Below, piece by piece: positions 39,591 to 51,734 of a stretch of DNA of 64,000 bases (position 1 is its first letter; each line of letters begins with the position of its first letter). Both the position numbers and the translations under genes were made by a program. Below the pieces are notes generated by a model. It was not told where the DNA came from, did not search any database, and was given only the letters and a program-made list of their open reading frames with translations. Source of the DNA: Malacoraja senta (lineage: Eukaryota); contig CM075987.1 in NCBI GenBank assembly GCA_038087875.1, positions 19,222,001 through 19,286,000 of the forward strand, written 5' to 3'.

Positions 39591-39717
39591 ATCGGCGATC
39601 GAAATGGTGAACTTGCAGCCAGTTTTAATGTGACACAACTGCAGTCGGTGCTCGGCATGAGCTCAGCTCCAGAAAATAGACAGTCGACTCCTTACCACTC
39701 CGATTATGAAGCACAAG
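39591..39717 (+). CDS. GPSM1: GPSM1 coding exon 9 (end of TPR domain, start of linker)
   Basis: cttgcag|ATC ... G|gtaggt; 127 nt; IGDRNGELAASFNVTQLQSVLGMSSAPENRQSTPYHSDYEAQ(G); the YEAQG ending is GPSM1-like. Confidence 0.92.
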
Positions 39718-40310
39718 GTAGGTGGATCCTTTTTTTCTTAAAATAACAATGTTATGGATAAACTCTTTTATTCATAAGGCATGTAATTGGACAGAAGCAG
39801 AATAGAATCATAGTGTGGGCCAATAATACCCCGTAACTTAATAGCACCGTAAAATGCATAATGATTAATGGTCTTAAGTTGCCTCGAAGATCTATCCCTG
39901 TTTAAAAAAATCCTTCGACTGAGTTATGTCTTGTTGACACAAGCTGTTGGTTTTGTGGGTGTGATTCTGGGGTTTGTATATTTCTTTTCATTTTTTTAAA
40001 TCCAGTAATGTACTTGTAAACTAGAGCTCAGTAAATACATAATAAGCTAAATCCAGGTTGGCCAGCTGAAGATCTCAAAGAACAGTCTGTTTGTCTTCTA
40101 ATTAAATGTAAGGTGCATTTGTATTCTAATTTGATTTTTAAATGTGACTTAATTTCTTGTTCTTTTATTGCTCATACCTGTGATGCTTGAAGACATATTT
40201 AAGTTGAAGACAACATTTTATATCATCCATATTGGTTATTGCAACGGTTTTCTACATTCATTTTTCAGTCTACAAAGGAATTGATTATCTGGCAAACATA
40301 ATGAAGGTTG

Positions 40311-40550
40311 CAGTGCCCTCCATAATGTTTGGGACAAAGACCCGTCATTTAATTATTTGCCTCTGTACTCCACAATTTGAGATTTGTAATAGAAAAACTC
40401 ACATATGGTTGAAGTGCACATTGTCAGATTTTAATAAAGGCCATTTTTATACATTTTGGTTTCACCATGTAGAAATTACAGCAGTGTTTATACATAGTCC
40501 CCCCATTTCAGGGCACCATAATGTTTGGGACACAGCATGTCATGTAAATG
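40311..40550. mobile_element. Solo Tc1 TIR (probably right end)
   Basis: Matches 62766-62987, then diverges after gggacaca from the left-end interior. Confidence 0.88.
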
Positions 40551-41560
40551 AAATAATATGGGTTGCTTCTCCTTGGGTGCATTTGAGAAGAGACTATATA
40601 GGTAATTGAGCAAAGAAAGAGATGCTAAATGTAAACCAAGGAAGTGGCAAACTCACAAAATCAGGCTGCATTTGCTGAGAGGGGTTTAGTTATCAATGTG
40701 AAAGTAAGCTTTCATCAGCTGGATATATTGATGAGGTGAATTAATGAGATTTAGATGGAGTCTACAGTGAATTAGAAACCCAAGCACAAATCATTTAGGC
40801 CAATACATCTGGTTCAGTGCTAAAAATTCAAAATCATTCAGGGCAATACATGTGGTTCAGAGCTAAAAAATGCAGCTGTGGTCCCAGACCATGCATCAGC
40901 GTTGTACCTTTCTGGAACAAGGAAGCAACGCCTGTGACTCTGCACAAGTGTTTTGGTTGATTTACTGAACCCTGAAGTACTTTCAGGATAGAAGAATTGG
41001 AACAGCATGGGGACATTTATCCCATCAAGCCTGTGCCTGCTCTTTGCAGGGCAATCCATTCAATCTGAGTGTCTTGTGCTTTCCTCACAACCTTACATTG
41101 GTTTTGGTCTTCAAATATTTTATCATTTCCGTTCTGATAACTATAACCGATTCTGCATTTAACACACTCACAAGCAGAACATTCCAGATACAAACTGCTA
41201 GTTTACAACCCTCAATCTTTTACAATAATTTTAAATTCGTGCCCTGTGGTCATTAAATCCTCCACCATTGGAACTATTGTTCTCTACCCAAAGTGAACTC
41301 TTCAAGGTTTTGTCCTCCCATATCTCCGCTCAACTTCATACTGCAAATATTATAGATATTACCGAGCATGCAGGTGCGAGTATTCCACCATGGTTGCTCT
41401 ACTAAGATAGTTGTGATTACATACTCAGGAACTGGACTGGAGGGAGAGGGTTTTGCAAGTAATTTAGATGGAGCATCTTTGAATAGCACTGTCTTGGGAG
41501 TGGATGCAACAAGTTTGAGCAGTTCATCTGGTTCTTGGCAGGGTACAATTTAGTTTCTGA

Positions 41561-41692
41561 AAAAAACTCATTGGGTCAAACAGCATCTGTGGAGAAAATG
41601 TTCTCCAGAGATGTTGCCTGACGTGCTGAGTTACTCCAGCACTTTGTGTCTTTTTTTTGTAAACAAGCATCTGCAGTTCCTTGTTTCAACTG
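41561..41692. repeat. Short fold-back Penelope-terminus element lacking the hammerhead core
   Basis: cagcatctgtggagaa-aatg-ttctccagagatgttg; perfect 12-bp direct repeat TTTAGTTTCTGA at 41549-41560 and 41693-41704. Confidence 0.75.
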
Positions 41693-42542
41693 TTTAGTTT
41701 CTGACTGGGAGGATAACGGGTTGAAGTTATTCCCCATGGATTTCAGTGACTGAAGGTGGATATTTGCCCCATTGCCCTACTGAGTTTACCAGATTGGTGA
41801 TGGTGCTGCCTTTTGGATGAAGCTTGTTCAAGGCCTGTTCTCTCCTTTGAAAATGATTCAAAAGATCCCAGTGAACAATTCTGGGGGGTAAAAAACTGGT
41901 GTTGTTCTACTGATGTTCCATTAACCTTTCCAGTGCCGGGGGGAAAAGAACAGATTTATCATAATTACATTGGTGTTTTGTGTCTGTTTGCTATGTGCAT
42001 ATTGGTTGCTGTGCTTTCTACTTTATATTAGTAAATGCACTAATTTGCTGAGAAGTGCTGACCTAAAAACAATGTTGCAATACAAGTAAAATGAAATGAG
42101 GGATCAGATTGATTTACTGGGTAAAGAGGGGATGGATGGGAGGGATGGTGGTGGTGGGTGGAATTGAGACATTTGAAGAAGACTGTCATAGACATGGGCA
42201 TCAGACAGGCAAGATGTACAATGAATAGAAATGGTTTATAGTCTATGTAGGATATTGAACCCTTTTTACACCCATACTAAGATGCATTAGCCCGAGCTGT
42301 GACAAAAACGTTTGGAATTTACAGGCTGTGTTTCCTGGAGTATGTATGTGTTTGTGTTACGTTTGGCTGCTCTTCTGATTTCTTGGCTTGTTTTTTAAAA
42401 CCGTACTGCCAACGACTCTCAGAGTTGGATGCAAGCATGGAAGACTAGTTTTCTCCAAATGATGTTGTGCAATGATTGAATATGCTCTCTAGGGCACATG
42501 TTGCCAGATTGTAACTCATTCCCCTGTTCAGTTGTTATAATG

Positions 42543-42745
42543 AAGACACAAGAGACTGCAGATGCTAGAATCTGCTGGAGGAGCTCAGAAAATCGAGAAG
42601 CATCCATGCGGGGGAAAACATTTCAGATTGATACCCTGCATCAGGACTCGTGTAGGGCTCCTGATGCAGGGTTCTGACCCGAAATCTTGATCATCTCTTT
42701 CAATCCACATATTCTGCTTGACCCACTGAGTTTCTCCAGCAAATT
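42543..42745. repeat. Fold-back Penelope-terminus element, variant subfamily
   Basis: ccctgcatcagga...tcctgatgcaggg inverted centre; variant core CTGATGC-agggttctgaccc-GAAA. Confidence 0.65.
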
Positions 42746-45014
42746 AGTTGAAACTTTTATATTTGCTCCAGTTTGAATTGTTTGATCTTTGTCTATCAGC
42801 AATTTTTTCACAGTAGCGTTTCAGAGTGAATTTGTGTGAATTTTCTTTGAGTATTCACATCTACTGTTTGAAAGTCATCCTGTCAATTGCATTGAGAAGG
42901 GCATTTGTCACCTGAGGACAGATGAGGGGGAAAGAGTTGTTTCCTGTAGAAACAATGAACTGCAGATGGTTTATACACAAAAGGACACAAAGTGCTGGGG
43001 TAACTCGAGGTGTCAGGCAACATCCCTGGAGAACAAGGATAGGTGATGTTTTGGATTGAGTTCCTGTTCCTGTTGCTGTCAGAGTTCCTGTCAACAAGAA
43101 CAAAGAAGGAATATTGTTAATGCTTTGATGGAGTTGATGTCCGAGAGTTGAGATACAGGTGGCAGAGTTTTGAATGAACTTAAATTTGTGGAGGACAAGA
43201 AAATAAATGATAGTCAATTTGAGAGGCATTGAAGAAACTTGAGCACAATTTAGCAAAAAACAAGCAGTCGCAATTGGAAGCGGCTAAGATGGAACTAAAT
43301 CTCATCGACTGACCAAAGGAGCTTGATTGAAACAGTCTGAGGCACAATGCAGTTACATTGTGAGAATCTGCAACAGAGCACTAGTTAACCAGCCCTTCAG
43401 CAAAAGTAGATAGTCATAGAGCTATACAGTGCAGAAACAGGCCATTTAGCCCACTATGTCCATGCTGACCAAGTTGGCATTTGGGGATAATCCCATTCGC
43501 CTACATTTAGCCCATAACCCTCTAAACCCTTCCTATCCTTATATCATTGTTAAAGAGAACAAGGTGAGGACGTGCATGTCAATCTATTTATTATTCTTGA
43601 TGCAAAAAAATCTGAAATCCAAAAGGGTGAACTAATGCTTGTGGAATGTTTCTAAATCTTTTATTCAGCTTCTATTTTTCCCCATTATCCGGACAAGAGT
43701 TAATTTCAATTATTTTAGATTATGCACAGTCAGGTCTTGGAGTGATAATATTGGTCTGTTTGGAGTCCCCAGGCGCAGTAGGAATACAGTGTGAATTTTA
43801 ACGTGCTAAATAGGCTAATTATTGTCCCTGAGCACCCAATTTGAAAAAAGTATTCTTCTGGTTCTTAAGGGGCTTAACCTATTTTACAGGGAGTCCAATG
43901 CAGCCTCTGGTCAAAAACCTGTTTTGAGGTCCAAATATCGCCAAGGAGAACAATTTATGCAAATAACCAAATAATGCTTTCTTTGTGCATTACTTCATAC
44001 TTGCTTCAAGATTGTGTACTTTGTCTGCAATAAACCTGTATTATCCTCCAATAGACTAATCCTTAGACAAACATGGGGAATAAAGCCTGACCCAATCATG
44101 CAAGTCTTTAGTGCTGCTTTGAAAGGTCACACACATAGGGGAAGACAAATTGGAAAACATTTGAACAGGACTAGTGAAAATATGATTATTGAGTTTTGTC
44201 TAATCCAAAATTGAACTATCCTTTCATATATGCCTATCAATTTTGTGTTTGACTATCCATTTAAATCCTGTTTCTACAGGACATCGATAAATTTAAGCTG
44301 GTAATAAAAGTTTTACGGGGTTTATGGTTAGTTAGTGTGGCAATTGATGTGGCTTTAAAGCGGCTGATTTTTACCAGAGGTCCCAATTCTACTTGCTCAC
44401 TTGGATATTGAGGTTGAAGATGATTTGCAAAGACAACCAAGGCTGTAGCCCTCCGAGGACAATAGGGAATGTCATAGGGATGTCTTAGGGTTGACACATG
44501 GGATTAGTTTGGATTGACATAATATGCTGGGCTGAAGGGCTTGTTCCTGTGATGTACTGTTCTATGCCTCACTGGGCTGCTGCATTGTAAAATTCAACTT
44601 ATATTTTATTGCACAATCAGCACACACTACTGAATTATTTTCATGTATTCTAATGCTGAAATGTCCACGCTGATGTTAAAAATATAATGCTGCCTTGCTT
44701 ATGTTGTTCACTCTTTGGACAACATAATGCATGGGTTGCACCTGTGCTTCATTGCTCGACTCACTCCTGGGTTTTTATGGGTCATAAAATCTTTATGTGA
44801 GGCACAAGCAATCAATTTAATCCCAGCTGTTTCTTGAACCGGATACAAACAGTAGGATTTTTTGTAAGGTGCAGCATGTTGAGGAAGGGAAAGGCGTATG
44901 AATTGCACGGTACGTTTCCTTGCATTCTATTTTCTTAACATTTTTAGTTAAACATCGTATCAGCGAGAAGTTTTTTCCTGCTGCACTAATGCTAAAATGA
45001 GAGTTTGTTTCAGA

Positions 45015-45500
45015 AAATCTGAGGAAGGACATTATAGCCATAGAGGGAGTGCAGAGAAGGTTCACCAGACTGATTCCTGGGATGTCAGGACTTTCATATG
45101 AAGAAAGACTGGATAGACTTGGCTTATACTCGCTAGAATTTAGGAGATTGAGAGGGGATCTTATAGAAACGTACAAAATTCTTATGGGGTTGGACAGGCT
45201 AGATGCAGGAAGATTGTTCCCGATGTTGGGGAAGTCCAGGACAAGGGGTCACAGCTTAAGGATAAGGGGGAAATCCTTTAAGACCGAGATGAGGAAAAAC
45301 TTTTTCACACAGAGAGTGGTGAATCTCTGGAACTCTCTGCCACAGAGGGTAGTTGAGGCCAGTTCATTGGCTATATTTAAGAGGGAGTTAGATGTGGCCC
45401 TTGTGGCTAAGGGGATCAGGGGGTATGGAGAGAAGGCAGGTACGGGATACTGAGTTGGATGATCCTGCACCTATTTTCTATGTATCTATGTATCTATGTA
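45015..45500 (+). mobile_element. Young CR1 3' fragment
   Basis: Open ORF2 C-terminus 45049-45453; near-identical to about 52418-52920; TATG/TATC tail. Confidence 0.93.
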
Positions 45501-46221
45501 TTACTGTTGGTAGTTAAAATATTAAATGGAATGAATTCAATTAACAAATATATTGCACAAAATAAACTGATCGTTCAAGACTATTTTAGATTCTGCATTA
45601 TAATTGTTAAAGCTTATTGGCATGCAGCAATTTTATCTGTATATGACCATTTAATTTGTGCCACACACCATAATTTCATCAAAAGATGTGTTTTTATCAG
45701 TACCTTCCACAACCGTACGATATTTCAGTGTGAGAAAACAAATCAAAAAGATGTTGAGGATGAGGTTGCTTTTTAAGATTTCACGGTTGTAATGAAAAAA
45801 TATTCGGCTTGAAGCAAAATTGATTTTAAAATTAAATCCAGAAATTGAACAATAGTTATATCACTGTATAAGATATGCCTACTTCTGAGAAATCAATAAT
45901 TTGACCTGATCAGTCCTGGTTTAGTAACATTTATTGCTTTAAACGTGACTTTTACAACTTTGAGTTGCTTCACTCATACTATTGGACATCAGAGTTATGT
46001 GGACCCTCTCAATCACGAATAGAAAGTCTGCAGTAGGGAGACTATATCAAATTAAACAAGCCTCTTAGTCACTTGGCAACAGTAATTTTCATAGTTCTCT
46101 GTTTTGTGCTTTTCTTTTCGTGCATTATGCTCTTTATTCTTATGAGTTTGCAAATTCACAGAATTGCTTCAAAGTTTTACCTTGTTAAACTTAAATTTGT
46201 GGAAACTGGCATGAGCTTCAC

Positions 46222-47100
46222 GAGACTGCGGATGCCGGAATCTGGAACAACAGACAATCTACTGGAGGAACTCAGCGGTCAGGTGGCATCTGTGGAGGGA
46301 AATGCGACAGTGGACATTTCCAAGTAGAGATTCACTTGCACCTTCTCGAACAGCATCTATTGCATTTGTTCTTTTCAATGTGGTTTCTCCAGTGCGTGAG
46401 GCCGAACACAGACTAGATGACCGAGCACCTGCACTTTGTCTACTGTGACCATCTGCAGCTCTTAATTGCAAACCAATATAATCCCCTTCCCACATCATCC
46501 TGTCCGACCTCGGCATTCTCCAATGCCATTTTGAGGCCAAACGCAAACTGGAGGAACAGCACTTCATATTCCAGCTGGTAGTCTACACCTGATGGTATCC
46601 AATTCAATTTCAGGTAACCTGCTCCCTCTATGTCCCTGTCTCTCTCCGCCTGACCTACCCTGATCCTCTCTTACACGTACCCTTGTTTTCAACCCCTGCT
46701 CCAGTCCAGCCCACATTTACCTAGTTTCCTCCTACTTCCTCACCACCCCCACTGTCCATCATTCACACACTCCTCCCACTGTGTCCCCACTGTTTCCATC
46801 TGCCCACCCCAGTCCCTTATTTGGGTCCATTCTTTACCTTCTGTTCCTATCAGATCCCATCAACTTCAGCCCTTTGTTACCTCCTTCGCTCACCTTTCCA
46901 CACCCTCTCCCCTCCCCCCTCCCTGCCAATTGATTCCTCAGCTGTAATACTTCTCACCCCGTGCCCCATCACATTGTTTTACACTGGCTTTCTTCACTCT
47001 ACTCTCTGGGTCCAGGTGAAGACTCCTGACCCGAAATGTCGACTGACCTTTTCCCTCCACAGTTGCGGCTCAACCTGCTGTGATCCTCCAACTGATTGTT
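46222..47100 (+). mobile_element. Degenerate Penelope-like element with inverted terminus at its 5' side
   Basis: 46222-46320 inverted terminus; 46325-46620 decayed GIY-YIG coding (ttcacttgcaccttctcgaac..., cgcaaactggaggaacagcacttcatattc); C-rich UTR; terminus near 47015-47100. Confidence 0.7.
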
Positions 47101-47736
47101 TATAGCTCTGTGTCTCTATGCGTGCACACACACTCGTGTTCAAATCACCGTCACTCTTCCCCTATTTCTCACAGCATATTAAAAGCGGATACCGTACCTA
47201 GGCTGAAGTTTTTTTTAATCACATGGCAGAAAGCAGTTTACTTTAATAGACTGTCATTATTAAGTTTTGTGTGCTCAATTTTAAGTAGGTCACAAGGAGG
47301 TGTGTTGCTTCAGGTGGGTTGAAGAAAAGAGCTTTCCTTTGGTGGTGCATAACCCTGTAATTGAAGTTAAGCCACTCAAGCTGGTATAGATCAGCCAGAA
47401 TCTAATTGACTGACATAACAAGCTCAAGAGACTGAACACCAATTCCTGTTATTACATTACTAAGAATGATCTAAGATTCACTTCCCATGGCAATTAAGCA
47501 TAAAGAGTATATATTGGAAGAAATACTTGAAGTATAACTGAACCATGTGACCATAAATTTTGCAGATTTAATCCCGACAGGTGCAGCCAAGGTGAAAGTC
47601 AGGGCAGTGCTTTGGCATTGAGTTGTGGAAAGTCTGTTCCCCAAAAAAATATCTACTGAAAGTGTATCTGTGCTAATAACTATGTCAAGAATGAATCAGT
47701 GACCATCTCTGGAAGCTGAATGAGAAAAATTGTGTA

Positions 47737-48582
47737 CGGCATGGTGGCGCTGCGGTAGAGTTGCAGCCTTACAGTGTTAGAGACCCGGGTTCGATCCTGA
47801 CTACAGGTGCTTGTCTGTGTAGAATTTGTATGTTCGTCCTGTGACCTGCATGGGTATTCCCTGGGAGCTCCGATTTCCTCCCAAACTCCAAAGACGTACA
47901 TATTTGTAGGTTAATTGGCTTGGTAAAATTGTAAATTGTCCCTAGTGTGTGTAGGATAGTGTAAAGGGCCTGTCCCACTTGGGCGTTATTTACGCGACAT
48001 CCTAAAAATTGGGTTGCGCGTGGTGGCGTATGCAGTAATGCGCGGCGCCCCAGGATTTTGGAATGCTCGAATTCCTCGCGCGCCACCTGCGTGACGTATC
48101 CCTTGCGCACGCTGACGTACTGACGGCGTACGTGTAGTATGTGGTGACGTATGGTTACACACGATGATGCACGAACATTGCCTATGCTAATTTATTATGC
48201 GTCGAAGTCCGTAACCATGCGCCGCCCGTACGCCGTCGGCGCGCCATTTGAGCGCCGCACCACGTGACCACCCGGGTGTAAAGCACGCGTAGTTTTGAAA
48301 ACTTTTCGCTGGGAAAATCCTTGCCATGGAGATCGGACTAAGTACGAATGACATCACAAATGGCTCCAAAAAGAAGCAGGGCCCTCAAGAGCACTTGGCG
48401 CGCGATTGTCGTACTGCTAGACGATTTTCGCGTGACAGTCACTACCGGCCTGTCGCGTAAATGACGCACAAATTACGCTAAAGTGGGACTGGTCCTTTAG
48501 TATGTGGGGATTGCTGGTGGCACAGACTCAGCGGGCCGAAGGGCCTGTTTCCACGCTGTATCTCTAAACTAAACAAAACAAA
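47737..48582 (+). mobile_element. HE1-type V-SINE split by a MITE
   Basis: A box, B box GGTTCGATCC; breaks at gtaggatagtg and resumes at about 48497; tail ctaaactaaacaaaac. Confidence 0.88.
47965..48496. mobile_element. Harbinger-like MITE (copy B)
   Basis: AGGGCCTGTCCCACTT ... AAGTGGGACTGGTCCT; flanks TAA / TTA; very CpG-rich (CGCG, ACGT repeats). Confidence 0.82.
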
Positions 48583-51500
48583 TATTTAATACTTTATGAC
48601 CTTGGGACTTTGCAGACTCTGAATTAAAAATTGATGGTGATGTAAAAACTCAGGAGGAGGGGCAGCAATTGTGTGGATAGAAATGGAAATTTCTATCCAC
48701 ACAGTTTCATGTTTCCAGCATCAGATAATTAGGCTGAAGTACTACTCAAGTGAAGGTACTGTGATGATGGATGAAACATGGAGCCAATCTGGTCACACTG
48801 ATTCAACAAACAGTAACAGTGACAAGATCATCTGTTAGACAAAAATGCTGGATGAGGCAGCATTTATGGAGAGAAGGAATAGGCGACGTTTTGGGTTGAG
48901 ACCCTTCTTCAGTTATGTTAACTTTAGCTAGGAGATAAATATTGGCCTCTAGGAGAACTTCACTGCATATTTTTTAATGATGCCTTAGAATTTTCGGCAC
49001 CTTTAGGTCGTCGCAAGTAGATCCAGATTCCTTTGTTGTCAAAGATCTTTCTCCGATATAAATGCATTCATGAATTGATTATCCACAGGCAGCATGGGGT
49101 AAAGAATTGAAAAAATAAATTTCAACCCTCTCAATAACTTCTCCTCATGTTGGGTTCACTTGGTCAACCTTCTATCCTGATTAAACTTTTAAATCTGAGA
49201 AATATTGTCTCAACAGCTACCAGATCAATTTTTCCAAGAATGTTATCAATCATTGAGACCATCTTTCATTCTTCAAACTTCCACCCTGTAGGTACAGCCT
49301 AATCACACTCTCCTTATGTTGACCTTATATAGACAACTTCCCCATCTCAGAACTAAATCTAGCAATCCTCTTCAGGTGTGACCACATCAAAGTCTTGTAC
49401 ATTCTAACTAAATGTAATCTTGCATTCTCAGTACACCAATAATTAAATGATTAAAATATATTTTGTGTACTAATTGTTCAGTGATTCAGCACTGTTAGCA
49501 TTAATTTGTGTACTTGGATTCCTGGAGCAGGAATTGCACCTCTGCCTTTCAGGCTCAAAGGTAAGAACATGTCCGATTAGCCATGTTTATCGGCCCTAGC
49601 ATTTGCTACTGGAATTCACAACTGTGGCTCACGTATAACAACTCGGGCTCTCTAGAAGAGGGAGATGCATTTCTGCCAAGTTGTTGCCCAGCAGATGTCA
49701 ATATCTTTGGGAGAAAAATGAGGAGCCAGAGAAAGGAAAATAAGTGATGTTTTGACTGGAAACCAAATCCATAACTTATCATTTTGTAGTTGCATGAGTA
49801 ACTTCAGAGACAACACAGTTTGGTCATCGGTCCTGCATGTCATCTGATTCCACAATATTTCTAGTGAAATTAATTGACAGCACTTTAGTAAAATTTCAGC
49901 ATTTTAGGCTATTAAAATAAATTGAATAAAGTGCATGAAATACATTGCATTTGGATGCAATATTAGCTAACAAAGTATTTCCGTCTGTGGTAATGGATCA
50001 ATTGTCAGCTCCTTTTGAGACGCTATTTTCATACCATTGTAAACACTGTTCTGTAGATTGACTAATCCAAAAAGTGAATTGTTTTCATGAAGAAAATGAG
50101 GTAAGGAAGTCCAAAATGATTGTGCTACTATTACAATTGGACAGGTGGATATTTTGGCAGAGACAATCCATATTAATGTAGGCCTGAACCTGTATTAGTG
50201 GCCTTATAAAAAAAATATTAATGAATTTTGGAGGTCATTGGCCTAATAGTTTATCTTGTGAATTGGAGAAACTGAAGCATTCTATGTGATTCCCGTGGAA
50301 TGTAAGATTCCTGTGTTGTAAATACAGAGACAATTTTGGAGAGTGGGTATTCTGAGACGCTACACAATGCATTGCGAAGATGACAGAAGGGTCATAATGC
50401 AAGGAAATAAGATGGTCCATTTTGGGCAAGAGGAAATGGAAAACAGAATATATATTTTCATCAGTAGAGATCTTTGATATTGGAGTACAAGAGCTCTTGA
50501 GGTGCTCGTATGTGAAACATAAAACTTAGTGTACAACCACAGCAAGCAAACAAGAAGGGGAATTATGTGTTGGCATGTATTGTGGGGGAGAGGGGAGTAG
50601 AATGCAAGATTGTACAAGACTTCAGTGAGATCACATCTGAAGGGGTGCAGTGTAGACTTGTTGAGGATTATTAATTTATTTCCTGCAAAAGAACAATTCA
50701 AAAGTATCACGGTAACTGCTGGTTGTGTTGCGGCCATGAAAGGTACTACAGGCCTTCACCAGGGTACTAATGGCTGACTTATGTACAGCCTGTACATCAA
50801 GCAAGCAAAAAAAAGACCGGTGGGATGGATTTGCTGGCTGCTGCGGGGCTGCAGGCATTCACCGCTGCCAAGGAACTAGTTCGTCGCCGCATTTCTGACT
50901 TGCAAACTGCCCGGGTCACGAACAGTTTACAGGAACCTGTGCAGGACCTGTATATAATTCCACATCTCTCTGTTTCTTTCAGTGGCATATTTTGCAAAAT
51001 ATATTTGTCAGACTTGTGGGAATCGTTTGCTGCTTGTTATGGTCAAGGAGGACAAAAATAACGCGGAATACAGCTCTGTATTGATTTAGTGGATTTAGTG
51101 AAATGCAGATTTAAAGTGAGTAATATTCTGCTGGTAATAGAGATAACTGCTAATTTGTCCCATTAACCCTCTGTTCCATTTTGAGTTATTTAGGAATTAT
51201 GCATGCATAAAACTTAGATTACTGTATTTTAAACCACATATTAAGTTTCTGATTGCTCTATTGTGTTAGACTTGAACTTGAAAGTGGTTCATTGATTTGT
51301 GTAATAGATCATTCAGTCATAGTGCTTCAGAAAACAATGCACTAATCAGTCCTTATGATTTTGGCAAGTTACTCAGTAACCTGCCTGAATGTGGTCAGGT
51401 TACTAAAGTTCACAAAGATTGATGGTTGTTTACATTGACAACTTTGATGGATTGAAATCTCTTGGTAATAATTGAAGCGAACAGCAGGATGATTTGTGAT

Positions 51501-51734
51501 GTGGAACACGTTGATGATCACACACACTGTGCCAGTGTATGAGCACAGAGGTCATGCACCTGTTTCCTCACCTATGGAACCCTGATCCAAGCCCGGACCC
51601 AGGCACAATGTCAGAGATCACATTCATGTGAGTGCCATTGCTCAGCTCTTTAGCTGCTTGCAGCAACCCTCGAGGTTTGAGGTACAAGAAGTAATGTAGG
51701 TTGTTAGGGGGAAAGGAATATTGCTCTATAATAA

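Noticed and set aside
47737..47810. tRNA gene (A and B boxes; also near 20128, 18310 and 59590)
   Set aside because: These are tRNA-derived SINE heads continuing into SINE body and LINE-like tail.
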